Assembly (NCBI GenBank): GCA_964016885.1
Contig: OZ024741.1
Span: 360,406,001 to 360,470,000 of the forward strand
Direction: 5' to 3'
DNA from: Eledone cirrhosa
Lineage: Eukaryota
DNA length: 64,000 nucleotides
The position numbers and the translations under genes are program-made. The notes under the pieces were generated by a model. The model did no database searches and was not told the origin of the DNA. It saw nothing but the letters and a program-made list of their open reading frames with translations. The number at the start of each line of letters is the position of its first letter. The first letter of the stretch is position 1. Shown piece by piece: positions 25,153 through 38,975 of the stretch.

Positions 25153-26184
25153 AATTAAACACATTATCTTTTACCATTTGTACTGAATTTCTTCTGTGAT
25201 ACACAACAAACATTTTAAGGCTATATTCCTGCTAAAGCAGAAGTAAACCTTGGGTGTGTGTTGAGGGCTTGACAAGCGTCTCCATTTTGCATTAATGTTT
25301 GCATCATCCTTCAACAAGGTCCTGGCTTTTGTCTTCTCCTCCATCATCATTAGCCGTATCTTTCTTAGTCTTCCCCTTCTTTTACTTCTTTACACATTAA
25401 TTTCTATCACTCTTCTCCCCTATACATGATATGGTACACTAATATATTAATGCCAGAATTTTCCACATTGGTGACTGAAACATTTAAGAGAAATCATTAG
25501 GAAATTATGAGAGAATATATGTAAAATTGCACAACATTTCTATAATTCTCATCCATTCTAAGTATAGAAAGTTTTGTTTAATTGTTGATTATTCACTTTT
25601 TCAACTAGCCTGTCTTTTGTACATTAACCCTTTTAATACTAACTCACCTGAAACCGTCCCTAGTTTTATCATATGAAACTGCTCATTTTAGTGTATTTAT
25701 ATTTAAATTAAAACCTTCCATCATAATTTTATGTAAGAACCTTTTTAAGTAATGTTGGAACCATAGCTTAATAATGAAAAAGCTTCAAATTTTCCATTAT
25801 TTTCAAAATAAAATGAAACACAGTAATATATTTCATTAGAAATATAACAAAAGAGTTAAGTTAATCTTTCTTGTCTCATCATTGGTCAACAAAGCTGTTC
25901 TTTGTACATCAATCTTTTATTATGTTATGCACTAAGCAGCTGAAGTATATGATAAAGTGTTACTTGTATATATACAGTACAGAGGTAACCAAAACTGTGT
26001 AAATGTGTATATAAATTCACACAATTTTAGTAACTATCCCAAATTTTAGTAACTTATTTTACATATTTCCTTATATATTGAAAAATTGATAAATACCTTT
26101 AATCGATTTTTGAACATAGTTGGGTCCTCACTAGAAGGTATGTATGTTTAGATAATATATAGATATATCATATATACACATAGA

Positions 26185-26435
26185 TATATCTTAGAGGCTA
26201 AACCCTTTTTTATGCCAGTACTTGATAACACCACGATGCCAAATTTTGTTCATTTTCAAGAGAAGTCACTACACGTTACTTCCGAAGTCATCTTTGATCA
26301 GTCAGATGTCAGTTTACTTGGAAAGAAGCAACACAGTTATTAATAAGATGAGTTGAAATTAATGCACGCAAGATTTCACAGCTCTAGGATCACTCCTTCA
26401 TAGTCAGCTCAGGAACTTTTCAGACCGCCTTCATA
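26185..26435 (-). mobile_element. Mariner (Tc1/mariner) transposon 5' end with truncated transposase
   Basis: TA plus TIR-like tgaaggcggtctgaaaagttcc at 26435. ATG at 26253 gives MNKIWHRGVIKYWHKKG/LASKDI, resembling the mariner N-terminal HTH MEKxEHRAVIKYLxLKGLxPKEI. Confidence 0.75.
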
Positions 26436-26526
26436 TATTTATCTAGAAACCTTCTATTATGATCTTATATAAGATCCTTTATGTTCCAAACATCAGCTTA
26501 ATGATGAAAAAGTTAGTTATATAAAA

Positions 26527-27634
26527 AAAACTCTCTGCAATGGGTGTGAGGGATGATCTTTTTAACTGGTTGAAATCCTTCATTCTCAGCCGAAAAGGGT
26601 AGTCACGGTTCTAGGACAGCATTCTTCACCATATGAGATGTCATCTGGTGTACCACAGGGATCTGTTCTTGGTCCCCTTTTGTTTGTGGCATATATTAAT
26701 GACATAGATGCCAACTTAAAGAATGCCACGGTACTGAAATATGCAGATGACATCAAGCTGTACCTTGAAAAGGACAGATCCTGAAATCTATAACTCTTTC
26801 TTACAATCAGATCTGGACACAATGCAGCAATGGATCACAGACTGGCAACTGAAGCTGGCTGTGGACAAGTGTACCACCATACATTTGGGGAAGAAAAATC
26901 CAGCGTCCACATACTCCCTCCACAACACTGATATCAAGAAGTCCTCTTGTGAACGTGACCTGGGCATTACTGTCAACAGCGATTTGCATTGGACAAAGCA
27001 TGTCTCTAAAATTGTCAAGAAAGCCGAGGGCGTCTTGGCATCACTCAACAAGACCTTTGTTAGCCGCTCTCCCGCCATCTATTTAAAGCTGTATACAGCT
27101 ATGGTACGACCACACTTGGAATTCGCATCATCAGTCTGGAATCCCTATCTTGCTCAGAACATTGACCTCCTGGAAACTCTTTAGAGACGTGCAACCAAGC
27201 ACATACCCTCCATCAGTCACCTACCATACTCTGAACGCCTTGCTTCCCTGGGCATGGATTCATTGAAGCTCTGACATCCGGCAATGGACTTGGTAAACAC
27301 CCACAAAGTTATTAACCATCTCGCCAACAACAACCCTGAGCACCTTTTTGATCTCCATGTGTCTAACAGAAAACAGCACAGCTCCCATGACTTTCGGAAA
27401 CATTTTTTCACGGTTAGAGTTGCTGAAGCATGGAACAAACTGCTTGCATCAGTTGTTAGCTGCCGAGACACTGCATCCTTTAAAACACTCATGCTTCCCG
27501 AAATTCGCCAAAACTACACCTGATGTCCTTCCTGACGTTTGTACATTACCCTATGTACTATACATACACCTTTGATGAGTTGTAGTGCACCTGAACACTG
27601 TACACAATATTTTCATTATTATTATTATTATTAT
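26527..27634 (+). mobile_element. CR1-group LINE, 5'-truncated and frameshifted, with (ATT)n tail
   Basis: SGVPQGSVLGPLLF and YADD RT motifs; highly similar to 61570-62763. Confidence 0.92.
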
Positions 27635-30258
27635 AATAAATTTCTCTAAATTGTCGATTATTTTCAAAATTGTTTGATAGTCATTGGCAGTGTCTTTCAT
27701 TAGAAATATAGTAACAAAAAGGTTAATGTTTATATTTATCTAAAAAAATAACAACAAAAACTATATAATTTTATGTTATAACTTTAATTTAATCCTTTTA
27801 AATTCTTAATTATTTTCAATATTATTTGAAAATTATTGACTGTCTTTTCATTAGAAGTAAAGTAACAAAAGGGTTAAATGAAACTTACTTAATTCCCAAC
27901 TATTTAAAATAGATAATTTTTAAAAGATGAATATCTGTAAAATATACATGTTAAGACAGATCATATGCCTGTGTGATATGTACATACCGAGGAAAAGATA
28001 TGCCTCTGAGATATGTAAATGCTGAGAAAGAAATATATGTTGGTGTGATATGTAAATGCCAAGATAGATATAATATCTTGTTGCTTAGCCCCAAGTGAGC
28101 TCTGATTAAACAGTGTTTGATAAATTGTTGTAGTCATAACCCTCATGTATTTTATTCAGGCATAGTGCATCTATGACTACATTATCATGTATATCCTTTG
28201 TTTAAAAAAAAAATGATATTAGGCTGTGATCTAGCTGCTATTTCAAGCAAGTTGAGGAGTAAGCATGTAGCAGCTCCCACAGTGTGATAAGTAAATGTTA
28301 AGACAAAGGTATGTGTGTGTGGAATGTGGTTCTGATTGATATCTAGACATTGAGATAGATATATGTCTATGTGCAGGGCCTCAGAGAGAAATTTTACAAG
28401 GCAGAAGAAGGCTGATTTCATCCCCTCCTCATCTTGGGTGGAGGGGAGCATCTTTCAAAGTTGAAAGGGTTCTGAGAAGTTTCTTTTTTTGAGGGGTTGG
28501 GGGTATCAGATCTGTCCTGAGTCAATCTTTTTTATAAGCTGTGTATGTGTGTTATAAATGCTAAGACAGAGCTACAATATGTCGATGTGGTATCATCATC
28601 ATCATCACCATATATTTGTTTTCTATAGTAGCATGGGTTAAATAGGTTGCCATGTTCTGAGATTTAATGAACCAGATCACTGCACCTTGCTCATACAAAT
28701 CAGTTTGGCATGGTTTCTATGGTTAGATGCCTTTCTTAATGCCAACCACAGCAATTACTGGTATGTAATTTGATACCTAAACTTTGAAACAAGGATTTAA
28801 TATAACTGTGATATGTAAACGTTAAACAGATAGATATGTGATATGTAAGTTGATAAAGTCTAGTACCAGTCCAAAGGCTGTGGATTAATGGAATTGTTAA
28901 AGAGTTAGACAGGCTGCTTTGTGATTTCTGTTCAGGATCAGTGCATTCTAAGTTCAAATCATGCTTTCTATCAGTGGAAATGCTGTAACACTTCTACCAG
29001 GAGTTACAATCACAGATAGTATCAGCAATGGAAAGACCAATGGAAACATTGTTTCTGTGGTTTGATCTGACAGTCAGTGCTTTCTCTTTTCTTTTTTTTT
29101 AGTATGTGATTGTGATATCTAAAACCAAGGAAGATATAATATATCTGAGTAATATGTAGGTATATGTAAACATCTATGTATGCTGTGATATGTGGTTATG
29201 ATATCTAAGCATTGAGACTGATATAATATATTTATGTGATATATAGTAATGATGTCTAGACATTTAGACAAAGATAAAATGGTTGTCTGAATGAGAAGCT
29301 TCTCTCTACCCAGTTACCAGAAGAAAAAAGGAGAACTATTTTGATTAATACAGATAACAAGATGTCAATGAAATGAGATATGTGATGTTAGACTAATTCA
29401 ACAGTAACATTCCAAGATATTAATTATATACAAGAAAGATGAACCAATGAACACCAATTTCTTAAGTTTATTCTATTTATATGTTTATTGAATATAAATT
29501 AAAATGCAAGTGATCTGCTATTTTATCCAACAGAAGATTCATCTTTATATTCAATTTTATATTAACTCTTAACATCCTGCAATGGTTTTGTAGAAAATAT
29601 CTAAAAATAGGTTTGTTTAGTCAAACATTTGTAGTAATATTACTAGTGAAAAGATTATTGTGAACATTTGTAATATTAGAATAAAGACTTTAATGTGATG
29701 CAACCATAGTTCTGTTTTATACTTTTTTAAGAATGTTGTTGTTGATGTAGTTTCATGTGGTACAGGACATTAAAAGTTAAACACATTCCTACTCCTTGCC
29801 ACCCTCTCTCTCCATATTTTAGCTCTAGAAGTTCTGATTTATCAACTGTATTGATTTCACTTGTCTGATTGATCTGCAAAGGTTATAGTCACTGTATTTT
29901 CTCCTCTTCCTCAGACTGAAAACCAAACGAGAAGAAAGCAGTAAGCAGAGATGAGCTGTGACAGTATTTAAAAGGAGAATGTTTAAATAACAGTCCAGGT
30001 CTTCCATATGTCTCGTGAGACTATGGTTCAGGACTTGAGAATTTTCCCTCTATGTCTCAAGTCTGGGCAAAGTTTTTGTGGAAGACCAGCAGCTATTCAT
30101 ACATGTAAATCTTCCCATTCCATTCATCGATGTTGTTCAAAGGAAAGGCAAGGCTTGGCTTGTTGAGATTCCAGGCAAAGTCAGAATACAAAAGATCAAA
30201 AGAGTAAACTCAAGGCAATGTTCTAACAATTCCCTCATTCTGCTCCGCACTGGTCTTT

Positions 30259-31343
30259 TAATAATAATAATAATAATGAAATATTGTGTACAGTGCTCAG
30301 GTGCACTATAACTCATCAAAAAGTGTATGTATAGTACGGAGCCTCAATGAATCCATGCCCAGGGAAGCAAGGCATTCAGAGTAGGGTAGGTGTCTGATGG
30401 AGGGTATGCGCTTGGTTGCACATCTCTGAACAGTTTCCAGGAGGTCAATGTTCTGAGCAAGATAGGGGTTCCAGACTGATGATGCGAATTCCAAGTGTGG
30501 TCGTACCATAGCTGTATACAGCTTTAAATAGATGGCTGGAGAGCGGCTAACAAAGGTCTTGCTGAGTGATGCCAAGACACCCTCGGCTTTCTTGACAATC
30601 TTAGAGACATGCTTTGTCCAATGCAAATCGCTGTTGACAGTAATGCCCAGGTCACGTTCACAAGAGGACTTCTTGATATCAGTGTTGTGGAGGGAGTATG
30701 TGGATGCTGGCTTTTTCCTCCCAAAATGCATGGTGGTACATTTGTCCACAGCCAGCTTCAGTTGCCAGTCTGTGATCCATTGCTGCATTGTGTCCAGGTC
30801 TGATTGTAGGAAGGAGTTGTAGATTTCAGGATCAGTCCTTTTGATTTCAAGGTACAGCTTGATGTCATCTGCATATTTCAGTACCGTGGCATTCTTTAAG
30901 TTGGCATCTATGTCATTAATATATGCCACAAACAAAAGGGGACCAAGAACAGATCCCTGTGGTACACCAGATGACATCTCATATGGTGAAGAATGCTGTC
31001 CTAGAACCGTGACTACCCTTTTCGGCTGAGAATGAAGGATTTCAACCAGTTAAAAAGATCATCCTTCACACCCATTGCAGAGAGTTTCGCCATAAGTCTT
31101 TTGTGTGGCACAGAATTAAAAGCCTTAGCAAAGTCAAGGTAAACAACATCCACCCATGAGCCGCTGTCAGTGATCCAGGTAATGTCTTCAAGGAACTCAA
31201 TAAGCTGATCACAGCAGCTGGAGTTAGGAATAAATCCAAACTGCGAGGGCCGGATGAGGCTGTGAGAGCTCCATAAGTTCCAAAGTGTTTCTCTGACACA
31301 GGATTCCATCAGTTTCGCAATACAGCTAGTAAGACTGACTGGA
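30259..31343 (-). mobile_element. CR1-group LINE, 5'-truncated, with a frameshift and an internal 3' deletion
   Basis: ORFs 31013-31309 (YLDFAKAF) and 30306-30977 (GVPQGSVLGP, YADD); (ATT)n tail at 30259-30277. Confidence 0.92.
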
Positions 31344-33849
31344 TGAAAGACAAAGTTAACTTAAGTAGGATTTGAACTGTGATCCTAAAGAGTCAGAATA
31401 AATACTGTCAGGTATTTATTAATTATAGCAGATTCTGCTAATTAAACTACCTTTAATTAGCTGTTTAGTCTGCTTATATGGTATAAACTGAGAAATTGAA
31501 TATAATTATTACACACCTTTGATACAGCACTGATTGATCGCTCAGAAGGATGAAGGACAAAGTAAACTCCAGTGAGATTTGAATTCATAATCATTGGATA
31601 CTGTAAAACCTTTCAGCTAGTTATCTATCATTTCCCTTTGCCCCATTGTCAGTAGATTCAAAATAATCAGTAATGACAGGCCAATTACAAACATGTGTGG
31701 AACCATTACCCACAAAAATAGAACATCATTCAAACTGATTGATAAACTCTTTGATATGATGTCTGCCACATATTTCCTTGACAGGAATTGGCAATTATAG
31801 GGAAGATTGAACAAATTCCATGGAGGTTATCAGAGGTGAGAGAAGGCAGTAAATAATGGCAGACCAAGTGTAAACACATGTGAATACCTGGTTACAAATA
31901 ACAAATATCATTCTTCTCTATAGAAATACACTTTGATAAGATCTCTGTTAGATATTATCATCATGGAGGGACTATCACTCATAACTAAGAATAAGCCAAT
32001 AAGGGAACCTTTATATGATTACTCAACCTGCTAGAAATAGCTGTCAAATCACACTGTACCATTTTAAAAGGGGGTACCACATTGTATAATGTCGTCTCAG
32101 ATACACTGCGATACAAGTTATATAGTAGTTGTTAAACAATGGGATTGACAGTGCAGTTTAAATAAATGAGGGTATAGGGTATTAAACTGCATTTTCATTT
32201 GTTCTACAGGTATCAATTATGTCAAAGTATTCGTGAAGTATTGGCAAAAGTGTTAGTGTATTTAAAGGGAGTGATCTGTGTAATACTGATCTTTGACAAA
32301 TATTAGACCCTACTAAAATATTTGATAAGTTATATTATGAGGTATGTCTCTGTGATCATGTAGTTCCCAGCACTGTATTTTTACCTAAGGGACTAATGAT
32401 TTATATAAATGATCCAGCCACCATAGTGTTTCTCACCTATGATAATCAAAGACTGAAGAAGTTTCTTTTTTCACTCTCTGACGATAGCTTATCTGACTTT
32501 AATAGAAAATGCTCCTAGTTCAGGTAGCGCCCCCTTTCAAGTGGTGCCTATGGCATGTGCCATACTTGCCATACCCTAGATATGCCTCTAGATACATTGC
32601 CTGAATAAAAGACAGGATAGTCATGTTTGGAATGTCACATGTCATGTTTGACATGGAACTAAACAGCAACAACAACAACTGGCTGAAATTCAACCAAATG
32701 GGTGTGTATCATTATCTTTTGCAGCATGGAGGTATAGCTGCACTTAATACCTTCATGGTTCTTGTCATATCTAGATGTCATATGGAGCTATTGCTGCAGC
32801 AGACAATAATCAAATCTTATGGAGTCATTCAAAGCTATTAATATACAAAATCATTCACACACACTCACACACATTGTCACCTACTCCCAGCTATCTTCCC
32901 CACCATCGTCTGCCTCCTCTCACATGATAAACTGCCCCTCCCTCACTGTCTAAATCCTCCCTACCTACCATCCATTATTCACTGCCCACATAACTGGGAG
33001 ATAGCTACCCACACATAAAGTGGGGTCCAGACATCTTAGCCCTGTATATAGTCACTAATCTTATGAACCTCCCTCCCACATTCCATGATGAGCTGCCAAT
33101 TGTCACTTTCCCTCTTTTCCGAGGCCACCTCCATGACTCAAACACTTGCTCTCTCTCTGTCCTTCTCCTCAGCAACCAACATGTAGTAGCCATTGCTTCC
33201 CATTGCACAAGTGCCACTTTTCTCATGTTCTTGTTCCAATCACTATCTCTCTTTGCTTGTCCAAAGACACAACAATTGTCCCAATGTTGATGCCACAATA
33301 AAATGCACCCAGTACACTCTGCAAAATGGTAGTGCTTGTACCATGATAAAATGCACTCAGCCCACTCTGTAAAGTAATAGTGCTGATGCCACAATAAAAT
33401 GTACCCATTACACTGTAAAGAAGTAGTACTGGTGTCACAATAAAATGAATCCACTACATGCTGTAAAGTGGTTGTCATTAGGAAGGGTATCCAGTTATAG
33501 AAACCATTCCAAAATGCTGTCTTCTTTCTCTCGCCACTCTTCTATTGTAGTGACCTCTGTTCCTTAGAGTTATCTGGCCTCATGATACCTGCACTCAGGC
33601 ACATTTAACTATTTCCTCTCATTATCCACATTGAGTCCTCTCTCCAGGCTTCTCACTAACTATTTCCTTCCCAGAACCTTGGCTTTTTGGAATGTTCTCC
33701 TTCCACATGCTTTTCCTCCAACCATCAACTTGCACCCATTCAAGAAGTTATGTTATCCATGTCAATCTCACAGGCCCTTCAAGGTCTATGAGGGCTATGG
33801 GCATAGCTCTTTCCTTCAGACTAATCCAATAAAAAATATCCCAGCTTAA

Positions 33850-34031
33850 CCCTATAGCATTTAAACCAGTTGTACCCAGCCAAAATTCTCTCACCTCTTT
33901 CTGTTCAAACTGGCTGTAACTGGCTGCTCATAACAATATTAAAATCTCATAGATTCAATATTATGTGAGATAATTATGTGAGGTAAAACCTTTACTGCGA
34001 AAATATAATAGTAAATGTAAATGGTAAAGGG
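33850..34031. mobile_element. piggyBac-like MITE with TTAA target-site duplication
   Basis: TTAA|CCCTATAGCATTTA ... TAAATGGTAAAGGG|TTAA. Confidence 0.8.
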
Positions 34032-36954
34032 TTAAAGGGATGACTCCCAGACCATAACATTTTTTTTTTCATTCATACTGTATTTAAGGTTACATTATCT
34101 TATGTGTTTTTTTTTAAGGTGTAGAGTATGATTTGTGAGAAATATGGCTGGTACTTCCAGCAGGCCTGGCAACCACATAGAACCTCCGTTATTAATTTAA
34201 ATTATCAGCAATTTTCTATTTAAGAAGTTAACACTGATCATACCTATGTTAGAAGTCATTATCACTTTTGTAATCCTCTAACTGGATTGAATATCAGCCA
34301 AAGTACTGATCTGTAATAATATTTAACCCCACCCCTTCCCTACCAACCATCATAACTAAAGAAACACCTGTTTTGTTCTTCTTTTTAATCTCCAACATTG
34401 CTAACTTTAACTAGAACTGATTCCAAAATATTATCAGGAAGTAAAGATTTCTTTAAACATTTTTAGATAACTATGAAAGTTGGAGCAAGAACTCACTCAT
34501 ATTTTTTTAGTACACTATGAATAAATAGATAAATGAAGATAGCCTCATTATATAATGGTTGAATTGAGGGATTATCGTGTTTTAATTAACCCTTTCATTA
34601 CCATATTTCTAATATAAGATAATGTGAACAACAAACTTTCTCATTATTAAGCTGGTGTTTGGAACATAACAAAGGTTCTTGAAGGCTTTTAGATAAACAT
34701 TGTCCAACCCTTACTAGCAGGTAGAAAGAACATTAAATAATGATGATGATAAACCTTTAAAAATAATTGGCTTGAATCCTGGACCCATGGGTAGTTTCAG
34801 TCAGTTGATATCAAAAAAGTTAAAACTCTTTCAGCAAGAGGTAGAGAAAATATTGATATCAAAATGCTGTACAAGTTATCATTTAATAAGGTAGAACTAT
34901 ATTATCACTTGACTTGCTAGAAATAGCAAGACAATACACTGAATAATGTAATCCTAGATACCATTAAAATGGGGTGGTCATGGGTGGAATACTTTTTTAT
35001 CATAGGACTATTCAACCAAGACTGACATGGGGCTAAGTAAAACAAACATTTTAAAGTTATCTTTCTTGCCAAAGCAGGAATTAGCCATGTAGGCCCCATG
35101 ATAAACTTCATATTCATGGGGTCCTTTTTGAGAAAATGTTTACAGGCAGATGCCTTTTGTGGCAGCAACTTTTTTAGTTGCCCTTTACGGCATGCAAGGA
35201 TATGGTGTTCTTATTTTAAGTCAGATATATATATTGGGCTAAACAACAATTCAATTTTGTTTAGTTAATTTTTATTGTTCTCTAATACTTTACTAGGTTT
35301 TACTTTATTGATCTCAGAAAGATAACAAGTAAAGATAACTCCACCAATATATTAAGTAATATAGACACTGGTTTTATTATGATTTCCCTTAACTTTTGGC
35401 TGTGCCTCCATTGTCAACCCTTTTAAATTATATTGTTACATTCCTGATTGGTAAAACCTACTAGTTATACTAGTTAACTAAATCTTGTTTATTAACTAGT
35501 AGTTAGTTATTTGTTATTGTGGATGCAGGCATGGCTGAATGGTTAAGAAGTTCACCTCACAATCATGAGATCCAAGGTTTGATCCTACTGCATAGCATCT
35601 TCAGTATGTGTCTCAGGTAGACTCAGCCTTGTGGGTGAAATTGTGTAGAGGGAAATTACATGGATTCTCATTGGATGAATTGTATATGTAATTCAAAGGT
35701 ACAACCTGGTGACATTTTGCCATGCTAATTAAGCTTTAAAATTATGTTAAGAGTATACATGTCTGTGGAATACTCAACCACTTACACATTAATTCACAAG
35801 TTCAAAACTCAGATGTTTGAACAACTGAATGCTTTTCATCAAAATTTATTGAGACACTATCATTACATCACTTTTTAGATACATTGTTAGTTATGTTGTG
35901 ACATAGTCCTGATAGGTACCATGTTGTACTTAGCCAGAGTGGTGCTGGTGTGCTTAAATTATCAGGTTGTGGTCCAAAGGTCGAGGAGTAAAAAAAACAG
36001 TACATCTAATGCTACGACTTTGAGGAAGCTTGTTACTCTTCTTGTTTCAAGCAACTAGTTTCTGTAGCTTTCACTTTAAAATAGAAAGTAACAAAACAAA
36101 CCATGGATACACTAATGACTCATACATGCATATATCAGATTCTGTAAAATCATTCAACCTATACTGATTTGAAAGAACTAAAATAGAAAATATAAAAAGA
36201 TATATTTAAAAATTATCAGATCATCAAGTATTTTCTTTTACATTTCCTGGCTAAAGATAGGAATGTCCTGGGTGTCTGTTTAAAAAAAGAAACGTGCCAT
36301 ATTATGTAGAAAAACAACTACTCTCTTCCTGGAGATTGTTCAAAAGAAAGAATCTTTGAGAATAATTTATAAAGAGAAGACATTTCTGAAATTACATTTT
36401 GATATTGTAATGAAAGATTGCTTAGAAATTTTATATATTTTTCATTTAATTTATTACATTAGACATTCCTTAAATCTTCTACAGATTCTATAATGAGCTG
36501 GAGATAAGACCTCTGCAAGAAATTTTGCAAAGCAAAACAAGACAGTTTTGGGGCTTCCAGGAAGGCAGGATATTGGTGGTGGGGTAGCTCCTCTCAAAAT
36601 TTAAGGGAGCTGAGTTTTTTTTAATGGTGGGAGTGGGGTTTTAGATATTCACAAACCTCTGCTTGAGCTCTGGACTGATATAATAGCTGGAGAAAGAGTT
36701 CATTGTTACAATAAGGATTGAAGTAAATTTATTTTATTAATATCTGGTCTCAAACATAAAGTGAGTGTTCATCTGTGAAGTGAGCAGCAGCTGTGTCCAT
36801 AAAGTTTCCATTGAAAAAGTAAACTTTTCTTTCATTTCTCTTTTAGACACACAAATTTTTTCTTTATCTTTTTTCGTCAGAAACAATATTTTTCTTTTTA
36901 TGATATTAAGTGAGATAATCATGATGATGATGATGATGATGATGAAGTGAGATA

Positions 36955-37148
36955 ATGATTTCTACTATAGGCACAAGGCCAGCAATTTGAAGGGCAGGGG
37001 AAAGTCGATTAAAATAACCCCAGTACTTACTGGTGCTTTATTTTATCGACCTCATAAGGATGAAAGGCAAAGTTAACCTTAGCAGGATTTGAACTCAGAC
37101 CGCCAAGGACCGTAACTCTATGATACCGATACTGCCAATCCACCGCCT
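36955..37148 (-). mobile_element. Family-A tRNA-derived SINE
   Basis: Reverse-complement match to the family consensus. Confidence 0.8.
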
Positions 37149-37549
37149 TAAGTGAGATAATAATAAGTACAAACTGCAGGACAAAGTTGATAAAAAGCAT
37201 AAGATACAACAATTCTGAAAGCTAGAATGAATTCTACTATTAACTCTCCTTCATCAGTCACTACCTTCATTTCTTTTGTGTATTTGTGTGAAATGCTGAT
37301 GCTATCTCTTGGTCACAACTCCTGGCAGAAGGAGGTGGTATTTGAACACAACATACAAAGCTGGATCTGATATATCTCTAACTCTAACCCTAACCCTGAA
37401 AGGTCAAAAGGCAATGGCATTTGAACTGTGCGCAGAGAACTGGGACAAATACAGGGGCATTTAATCTGACCTCTAGCATCTCAGCCAATATGTCACATAC
37501 ATTTTGTCCTTTCAGAGATGCCTTGTGCTGTCTGTTCAGTCATTGTGAG

Positions 37550-38470
37550 TGCTGAGGAGAGATAGTAACAGAAATAGAAAGGCCGTTGTGTTCTGAAGAG
37601 AGATAGTAACAACAATGTAAAGACCTGTGTGTTCTTGAGAGAGATAGTAACAGAAATAGAAAGACCAGAGAGTTCTGAAGAGAGACAGTAACAGAAATGG
37701 AAAGAACTGTGTTCTGGGGAGAGATAATGTCAGAAATGGAAAGACCAGTGTGTTCTGAAGAGAGATAATAAAAGAAATAGAAATAACTGTATGTTTTGAG
37801 GAGAGACAGTAACAAATAGAAAGACCTGTGTATTCTGAAGAGCGATAGTAACAGAAATAGAAAGACCTGTGTGTTCTGGGGAGAGCTAGTAACAAATAAA
37901 AAGACCTGTGTTCTAAAAATAATAATGAAATTATTGTGTACAGTACTCAGGTGCACTACAATTCGTCAAAGGTGCATGTATAGTACATAGAATAATGTAC
38001 AAATGTCAGGGAAGTGAATAGTGTATGAGTCATGATATACATGTGTGCGTGTGTATAGAGGGGGAATATTAGGTGTAGTGTTGGCGAATCTCAGGAAGCA
38101 TGGAGGTTTTAAAGGATGCAGTGTCTCGACAGCTAACAACTGATGCAGGGAATTTGTTCCATGCTTCAGCAACTCTAAGCATGAAAAAATTCTGGGGAGA
38201 GATAGTAACAGAAATAGAAAGACCAGGGTGTTCTGAAAAGAGACAGTAACAGAAATGAAAAGACCAGTGTGTTCTGGGGAGCGATAGTAACAGAAATAGA
38301 AAGATCTGTGTGTTCTGGGGAGAGAGATAATGTCAGAAATGGAAAGACTTGTGTGTTCTGAGGAGAGATAGTATCAACAATAGAAAGACCAGTGTGTTCT
38401 GGGGAGAGATAGTATCAGAAATAGAAAGACCTGTGTGTTTTGAGGAGAGATAATGTCAGAATGGAAAGAC
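37550..38470. repeat. Minisatellite of about 44 bp (gtgttctg.ggagagatagtaacagaaatagaaagacc.gt), split by a CR1 fragment
   Basis: About 8 units at 37550-37915 and about 6 units at 38190-38470. Confidence 0.9.
37917..38190 (-). mobile_element. CR1-group LINE 3' end
   Basis: Reverse complement of 62480-62750 (RVAEAWNK...ASFK.SMLPEIRQHY, 3'UTR and ATT tail). Confidence 0.9.
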
Positions 38471-38795
38471 CAATAAAAAAATTGTTTCCTGGTCTGATCT
38501 TACTATCAGCCTTTTTGTTTCTTTTCCTTTTTGAATGATTACATGTTATCTATAGTTATATTGCCCAGCATGAACTTCTGTTCAACTGAGGACCATACTG
38601 CAGTAGTTACTCATATTGGGTTCAGTATGATAGCCTGGATATTTTGTACTCTCTACACTGTCAGGAAGTGGCTCAACAGATTAATTGTATTAAGAAAATG
38701 AAGTGTTATCAGAAATATTGGTTGATTATGCCTGCTAAAGAGGCTTCTACACTAATGTAGATATAAAGATTTAAAGATGTAAACTGATAAATATA

Positions 38796-38975
38796 CAATT
38801 GTTTCTACTTCTGGCACAAGGCCAGCAATTATTCTAGTGCATTACTTGTGCTTTATTTTATCGATCCCATAAGGATGAAAGGCAAAGTTAACCTTGGCGA
38901 GATTTGAACTCAGACCGTAACTCAGTGCTGCAAAGTATGGCGTCCAACCCTTTATTGATACTGCCAATCCGCCAT
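38796..38975 (-). mobile_element. Family-A tRNA-derived SINE
   Basis: Reverse-complement match to the family consensus. Confidence 0.8.

Noticed and set aside
36126-36177. Candidate minus-strand exon (LSNQYRLNDFTESDIC) for the MAVSCSIYLL gene
   Set aside because: Splice signals are plausible, but the phase does not join exon 1 directly and there is no recognisable homology.
37378-37397. ctaaccctaaccc telomere-like motif
   Set aside because: Only 2-3 units, too short to call an interstitial telomeric array.
37550-38470. CTGAAGA...GAAA in tandem units suggesting a hammerhead array
   Set aside because: No stem I or stem II complementarity, and the CTGAAGA varies freely (ctgggga) between units.
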